DNA from: Phycisphaerae bacterium
GTDB lineage: Bacteria > Planctomycetota > Phycisphaerae > UBA1845
Direction of reading: 5' to 3'
DNA length: 64,000 nt
Assembly (NCBI GenBank): GCA_963675765.1
Contig: OY776568.1
Location: 635,213-699,212 of the forward strand
Each line of letters begins with the position of its first letter. Within the stretch, counting starts at the first letter, position 1. The translations under genes and the position numbers were made by a program. The notes under the pieces were generated by a model. It was given only the letters and a program-made list of their open reading frames with translations, ran no database searches and had not been told where the DNA came from. Shown here one piece after another: positions 58,662 through 64,000 of this stretch.

Positions 58662-59936
58662 ATGCATAATCGCACATTGACGGCGATGTTGTCGTTGGCA
58701 ATTGGGTTAGTTCTGTCGGCAATTGCATCTCCGACGTGGGCTGGTGACGTTGATGGTGACGGCGTAGTCGATATGGTCGATGTGTGCAACAGCACTCCCC
58801 CGAACACGTTAGTCGATACCGCGGGGCGTCCAATTGGTGACCTGGACCACGACTGCGATGCCGATCTGGATGATTACGCTCTATTCCAACAGGGGTTCAC
58901 CGGGCCGTTGGCGGCCATAGTGGATTGTAACAGTAATGGTATTCCCGACGAGCATGACGTTGCCGAAGGAACCAGTGCCGATCTGAATACGAACGGTGTT
59001 CCAGATGAATGTGAGGTTCCACCGACTATGGTTCTCATTCCTGGCGGGTCGTTTCAGATGGGTGACACATTTTCGGAGGGCGGTGCCCGCGAACTGCCCG
59101 TTCACACGGTGTATATCGACGCCTTCTACTTGGATGCATGCGAAGTCACTAATCAGCAATACGCCGATGCCCTGAACTGGGCAGAGAGCCAGGGCAACCT
59201 GATCAGCGTCTCCGGCGGCGTGGTCTATAAGTACAACAGCGGTACGAGCTATCCATATTGTGCAACAAATACTGCTGATACGAGTAGTTGTATCTTGTGG
59301 AGCGGGAGTGTTTTCACTGTAGAAGCTGGCCGAGCGGATCATCCCATGGTCGAGGTGACTTGGTACGGTTCAGTGACCTATGCAAACTGGCGAAGTGCGA
59401 TGGAAGGTAAGCCGTTGTGTTATGATCTGTCGACCTGGGAATGTGATTTTGGCACAGGCTACCGACTACCGACTGAAGCGGAATGGGAAAAAGCTGCCCG
59501 TGGCGGCCTGAGCAATCAGCGTTTCCCATGGGGTAACACGATTAACCATAGCCACGCGAACTACCGAGCAAATGGTAGTGCGTATACTTACGACGACAGT
59601 CCCTACACGAGTTACACGTACCACCCCGATTTTGACGACGACGGTTATCCGTACACCAGCCCAGTCGGTTACTTCGCACCCAATGGTCACGGCCTGTACG
59701 ACATGAGCGGCAACGTCTGGGAATGGTGTAACGATTGGTATGGTGCCAGCTACTACAGTGATCCGGAAGCCACGCAACCGAATCCGGATGGTCCGGCTGC
59801 TGGAGACTATCGTGTTCTCCGGGGCGGCTGCTGGGGCGACGGTGCAAGCTACTGCCGGGCGACGTATCGCTACTACAGCTGCCCGGGGGCTTGGCACAGC
59901 CACTTCGGGTTTCGCTTGGCCCTGGACTCGAATTAA
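58662..59936 (+). CDS. Secreted formylglycine-generating-enzyme (FGE/SUMF1)-family protein with N-terminal dockerin-type repeats
   Basis: Signal peptide MLSLAIGLVLSAIASPTWA. Ca-binding repeats GDVDGDGVVDMVDV ... DCNSNGIPDEHDV ... DLNTNGVPDE. FGE block MVLIPGGSFQMGD ... YRLPTEAEWEKAARGG ... GLYDMSGNVWEWCNDWY ... RVLRGGCW. Confidence 0.75.
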   Translation: MHNRTLTAMLSLAIGLVLSAIASPTWAGDVDGDGVVDMVDVCNSTPPNTLVDTAGRPIGDLDHDCDADLDDYALFQQGFTGPLAAIVDCNSNGIPDEHDVAEGTSADLNTNGVPDECEVPPTMVLIPGGSFQMGDTFSEGGARELPVHTVYIDAFYLDACEVTNQQYADALNWAESQGNLISVSGGVVYKYNSGTSYPYCATNTADTSSCILWSGSVFTVEAGRADHPMVEVTWYGSVTYANWRSAMEGKPLCYDLSTWECDFGTGYRLPTEAEWEKAARGGLSNQRFPWGNTINHSHANYRANGSAYTYDDSPYTSYTYHPDFDDDGYPYTSPVGYFAPNGHGLYDMSGNVWEWCNDWYGASYYSDPEATQPNPDGPAAGDYRVLRGGCWGDGASYCRATYRYYSCPGAWHSHFGFRLALDSN

Positions 59937-60040
59937 CCCTTTGCTCTTTTGTCCTTTTACCCTATACGTCACTAGCTACGCGAGTGACCCGCGTAAGGAA
60001 ACGTATTGCTTGTGCCGAATGAGTTAAACCTATAGCGCTG

Positions 60041-60125
60041 TAAGTCCAAGCGTAGCGTCAAACCACCGGAATCTACCGGAGAAAACAGACATTCAGCCGC
60101 TACACTTGGACAAAGCTTGCTCTAA
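60041..60125 (+). repeat. Full copy (forward) of the intergenic repeat family
   Basis: taagtccaagcgtagcgtcaaaccaccggaatctaccggagaaaacagacattcagccgctacacttggacaaagcttgctctaatc. Confidence 0.7.
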
Positions 60126-60129
60126 TCTC

Positions 60130-61275
60130 AGGTTCCCACGAATTCACGCTCTAAGACCCAGGAAGCGCCTTACCCGCTTCCTCTGCCCACACTTCGCGCC
60201 GAATCCCGCCCCCCCGAATCGATGCCCTCAACAAACCCCCGTTCTCCGCCGCTGTTCGGTAATTCCCGCCTCCTACCATCCTCCTGAACTCCCACCCAGA
60301 ATCTGACCACCGCCGAAACTACCTCCTAATCGCTCCAAAACCCAAGCCCTTACACAAATCCGCCTCCTCGCACCGCTACCACCCTCTACACCGCCCCAAG
60401 CCACCTCAGACACCCCAACTTCACCTACCCTAACATGCTCCACAGCACATTTTTCCAAACTTTTTTTTCGCACCTGGCGCTAGCGCCAGCCACGATTTTC
60501 ACCCCTCAACCGACCCCATTATAAAAAAAAAGCGGAACACCGGCGCCCTTATATAGGGTGGAGAGATGCGCGCTCGCCCCTGGCAGGCGCCAAGGCCACC
60601 GAAAACCCAAACGGGACCTCAAGGATCACTGCCCGCGCCGCCCCATACCCCGGATGATCAGAACAGCAACAGCCGCCCCCCAACAGCATCCGACATCGGA
60701 CTCCCCGGCGGCAATGGTGCCACCGACACTCTCCGCGGCCCCGAGTTCCTCCCCCCGAGCCAGACCACTAGCTCCGAGATGCACGCTAGTAATAAGGTCG
60801 TCGGCCGCTCGCTTACTCCGCACACCGGCCCAGCAGAACGTGTTCCGCTGTCCACTGCCAGCACTAACGCGGCGCGCAACAGGGCCGCCGACCACGGACT
60901 TCGCTCAAAAACGACCGATTCGCACCGAAAACAACTCGAAATGACTCAAAACTGAAAGGAATCTGACCATGAACACCAACAATTCGACGCGCGAAACACG
61001 TAAAAACGGCGATTTTCACCCAAATTCCACCCCCAAATGCGCGCCAATGTCGCCCAAATGCAGCCTGGCGCCTACTCAATGCGCTGTAAAAGCAGCCCTC
61101 GCGCACCTAAAAACCGCCCTGCCACGACGAAAAACTGAGCTTGTTTTCCCAATACACCGTACAGCAAAACCAATACTCTCCCCTGCACCGCACGCGCAAA
61201 ATCACATAGCGTTTTCCACAAAAATACCTGCTCTCCCAAACACTAAAACACCCACACGCGCGATCCAACACGCAC
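60130..61275 (+). other. ~1.1-kb non-coding tract with extreme C-rich/G-poor composition on the plus strand, containing a 16-bp perfect palindrome (60474-60489) preceded by T8
   Basis: In 60181-60240 I count 31 C and 8 G of 60. In 61201-61260 I count 22 C, 22 A and 5 G of 60. The only ORFs are short Pro/Thr/Ala-rich low-complexity frames. ctggcgctagcgccag is self-complementary. Confidence 0.5.
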
Positions 61276-62838
61276 CTACTGCTCGCCCCCTATTGGCCCC
61301 GAAAGAAGGTAGATATCACCATGACGCTCCCACTGCCAACTTGACACGCAATCACCCGGACGATCCCGATCTCGCGGAACAAGAACTACGGGTTCACCCG
61401 CTCGCAAACGATCGTCAATCTTCGCCTGGATTTCCATAATTTGCTGCTCTTCGCATGATCTGCTCATTATGATTATCTCAACATCGCCTGGTATTTGGCT
61501 GGTAGCCTGCATATACCGCAACCCCCAGGTCAACATGCCATCTTCAGTCAGCACAAGTCCACCATCGGCAACAGACGCCCTGACAGCCGCATTGAGATCC
61601 CCAGCATAGGTGTCGCCCGCCCCCCAGGGAATAAAGAATGTGCGATACCCGTTGCGATATGGCTTATTACCCACTAAGCCGGACAGCATCCCACGCGACG
61701 AAACGAAGCTGCAGGCGGCAACATAAGTAACAGGCGTCAATAGTATGGTACACATTGAAATAACCAGAAACGCCCGACAACGACAACTCGACAACATCTC
61801 CACACAAGCGGCGTAGCCGAATCCGGCCAATAAGGCACAACCGGCATAAACGGGAAAGAAGTAAGTATACTGGTCCACTATACTGTAACGCATGACAAAC
61901 ACGACGAAGATGGCCAACTCGACAACCACAAGACGAAAGAAAGGTGACTTCCTATGCTTTCTGCACAGCAGACTTATCAACCCGGCAATCGGAACTGTAT
62001 TGGGAAAGTTGTAAGCAAAGAAACCAACCGAAAGAATCAGCGTCCGGACGCCAAGCTTGGCATTAAGCACTTGGCTCGCATACTCCCCAAAAAGAGCCGA
62101 ATGAATCGTCCCGCCAACATCCCCCGTGGCAACCATCCGCCCCACGATAATCAGCACGTATGGCAAAGTGCCAACCACCCAGAGGGCAACTGTCGCAACA
62201 CCCAGCAACAAACGCTTCTTCTCCTGACGGCATGCCCGGATAATCAAAAACGCGTCTACAGGAGTGACAAGCGCGGCAAGCAAATGATTGGAAACACCAA
62301 GGCCATTCAACATTGCCAAGAGAAGAAGACAGCGCACACTGCGGTGCTTGAAGAACAGCGCAATACAGAGCCACTCCCCCGTCAGCAACGCAGCCACTAA
62401 TGAGTACGACTCCGTATGAGTCGCGTGACCCCAATAGGTGTGAGAAACCATCAACGCCATGGACGCCAGAATGGCGGGAATCACCCGACCCGTCGCCACA
62501 AGCAACGTCGCTGCTAAATTGGCTATTCCAACAGCCGCCGCCAAGCAGCTGACTAGAGTGATAGCGAAGGACGGAGTGAACAAACCACTCCACAGCACGG
62601 CCCTTCCAAGATAGAAGTGCAGCGGATGCACCAAAGCCAGACCGCGTGCATGTTCCAGCGTACCAGTGATAATCCTCCATTGCTGCCAGCCGGAGTCCTG
62701 CCATTGCGGACCACGATCAGCGGACAGCACATACACCAATAGCGAAACCGCGAACGCACCTACCCACAAATGCATAGGCCTGGCAGAAGACGCGTGCGAC
62801 TCATGACCCCGTAAAGACTCTTGCTGCTTCGATGGCAT
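61276..62838 (-). CDS. Polytopic membrane protein with C-terminal soluble domain (putative GT-C-type glycosyltransferase / hypothetical)
   Basis: About 10-12 hydrophobic helices through roughly residue 380, then a hydrophilic C-terminal domain. No specific family motif recognised. Confidence 0.45.
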   Translation of the reverse strand: MPSKQQESLRGHESHASSARPMHLWVGAFAVSLLVYVLSADRGPQWQDSGWQQWRIITGTLEHARGLALVHPLHFYLGRAVLWSGLFTPSFAITLVSCLAAAVGIANLAATLLVATGRVIPAILASMALMVSHTYWGHATHTESYSLVAALLTGEWLCIALFFKHRSVRCLLLLAMLNGLGVSNHLLAALVTPVDAFLIIRACRQEKKRLLLGVATVALWVVGTLPYVLIIVGRMVATGDVGGTIHSALFGEYASQVLNAKLGVRTLILSVGFFAYNFPNTVPIAGLISLLCRKHRKSPFFRLVVVELAIFVVFVMRYSIVDQYTYFFPVYAGCALLAGFGYAACVEMLSSCRCRAFLVISMCTILLTPVTYVAACSFVSSRGMLSGLVGNKPYRNGYRTFFIPWGAGDTYAGDLNAAVRASVADGGLVLTEDGMLTWGLRYMQATSQIPGDVEIIIMSRSCEEQQIMEIQAKIDDRLRAGEPVVLVPRDRDRPGDCVSSWQWERHGDIYLLSGPIGGEQ

Positions 62839-62914
62839 AACCCAAGTTCGCTGATGTCCAGTTTTGTTTATCCTAACCGCTTGCCTTTCCAGTCGGCCAA
62901 GCTAGGATCGTGCC

Positions 62915-63748
62915 ATGCCAGAGTTACCCGAAGCAGAAACGATCACACGCCAGGTGCATGGCCACCTCGCTGGCCGACAGTTGGGAAAGGTAATCGACTT
63001 TCGCGCCGATGTCATCCGAAACAATCAGCAAAAACCCCCGCGTTGGCTTCAACACAGCAAAGTTGAACGTGTCTCACGGCGAGGTAAGCGAATCGTAATC
63101 AGCCTGGAAAGCGAAAGGGGCATCATCGTATACCTGGGCATGACCGGCCAATTGGAGGTGCAGGCCACCAAAGACCCAGTTCGTCCGCACACGCACATGC
63201 GAATCGGAATCGCCGGCTGTGATCTTGAACTGCGTTTCGCCGACGCCAGAAGATTCGGCGGAATTCGCTTCTTCGAGTCGGAAGGTGGCGCGGAGCCTGA
63301 AGGCTTGGCCGAGTTGGGAATCGAGCCGCTGGAGATGACGGCCAAGGAGTTTCGATTGCACATGCGTCGAAACAGGCGCATCAAGGCAGTACTCATGGAC
63401 CAGAAGGTGATTGCCGGCTTGGGTAATATCTACTGCGATGAGGCGCTATTCCGCGCGGGCATCCACCCCCTGGAAGTCGCCAATGAAGTAGACGATAGAA
63501 GAATCGGCCTCCTGTGCCGCGCAATCAAACACATATTGAAAAAAGCAATCGATGCAAAAGGATCGACTATACAAAGCTACCAACATGCAGAAGGGGCGGG
63601 CACCTTCCAGAGCCAGCATCAAGTGTACGGACGAGAAGGCGAACAATGTCGCAAGTGCCTAACTGCAGTAGAACGGATCGCAGTCTCCGGGCGCTCAACG
63701 CACTACTGTCCCCAGTGTCAGCCGCTGAATCGGTCAGATCAGAAGTAA
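62915..63748 (+). CDS. mutM: Formamidopyrimidine-DNA glycosylase
   Basis: MPELPEAETI N-terminal catalytic Pro2/Glu3. C-terminal zinc finger CRKCLTAVERIAVSGRSTHYCPQCQ. Confidence 0.9.
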   Translation: MPELPEAETITRQVHGHLAGRQLGKVIDFRADVIRNNQQKPPRWLQHSKVERVSRRGKRIVISLESERGIIVYLGMTGQLEVQATKDPVRPHTHMRIGIAGCDLELRFADARRFGGIRFFESEGGAEPEGLAELGIEPLEMTAKEFRLHMRRNRRIKAVLMDQKVIAGLGNIYCDEALFRAGIHPLEVANEVDDRRIGLLCRAIKHILKKAIDAKGSTIQSYQHAEGAGTFQSQHQVYGREGEQCRKCLTAVERIAVSGRSTHYCPQCQPLNRSDQK

Positions 63749-64000
63749 CGTCCCCATAGCGCCCGCAAATCCTCAATCGCAGTCGAATCGATTTGTGATT
63801 TGTCTGACCAAATACCCAACTGAAGCGAGTTTCTACAGGGACAATCTGCAGTTACCGCGTCGTTGAGCCTCTTAAGGGCTTCCTCAATCAGAGTCACGGC
63901 ATTGTCGGTGGCCAGCTTGAGATTACCGATTATCTCCGCCAAAAGCGCCTGCTTGTCGGCATGGCCATTACTGGGTCGCCAGCAATCATAGTCTGTGGCC

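Noticed and set aside
60558-61439. Pro/Thr/Ala-rich ORFs (128 aa and 156 aa) inside the C-rich tract.
   Set aside because: The amino-acid composition is dictated by the C/A-rich DNA. There are no motifs, and the second overlaps the 3-prime end of the convergent membrane-protein gene. It is treated as non-coding pending a homology search.
63739-63942. 67-aa minus-strand ORF overlapping the 3-prime end of mutM near the window edge.
   Set aside because: There is no recognisable domain and it is too short. It may be the tail of a gene extending beyond the window, but that cannot be supported from this sequence.
1-64000. CRISPR arrays, tRNA and rRNA genes.
   Set aside because: Visual scanning found no short regularly spaced direct repeats. 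The T-loop/acceptor signatures GGTTCGAATCC-like were absent in intergenic regions. This was not an exhaustive search. tRNAscan-SE, Infernal and a CRISPR finder should be run to confirm.

Overview
This is a high-GC bacterial chromosomal segment. The lineage is probably a Planctomycetota-like (PVC-type) organism, inferred from PEP-CTERM tails, many dockerin-type repeats on secreted enzymes, a DUF1570-like HExxH protein and ribosomal proteins with basic tails. About 50 protein-coding genes are supportable.

Housekeeping genes:
- An rpsP-trmD-rplS ribosomal operon without rimM, plus rpsD.
- dus, tatD, yraN, surE, plsC, ispD, uvrD/pcrA, mutM and alkA-like genes.
- A MATE efflux pump.
- A two-component pair: a hybrid histidine kinase with an N-terminal receiver, beside a lone receiver protein.

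Accessory and surface genes:
- Five unrelated signal-peptide proteins carry dockerin-type twin Ca-binding repeats: an Amidase_3-like protein, a GHL10-like protein, a CotH-kinase/lamin-tail protein, an FGE/SUMF1-like protein and an unknown Cys-rich protein.
- Two PEP-CTERM proteins.
- A CMP-sialic-acid pathway in two genes, a NeuA-NeuB fusion plus NeuC.
- A flotillin/NfeD pair.
- An ACE-like M2 peptidase.
- An unusually long prepilin peptidase.

Mobile DNA:
- An IS1634-family element flanked by a perfect 107-bp direct duplication.
- A nested cluster of an IS701-family element, an IS5-family element and an ISL3-family element inserted into the IS5 transposase gene.

Non-genic structure:
- A dispersed family of roughly 85-bp intergenic repeats, at least 9 full or partial copies in both orientations.
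- A duplicated approximately 150-bp promoter/5-prime-end module.
- A 1.1-kb non-coding tract with extreme C over G strand asymmetry.

No rRNA, tRNA or CRISPR array was recognised by eye. Coordinates picked by eye may be off by 1-2 nt, and ORF-track starts written as M may be GTG or TTG.
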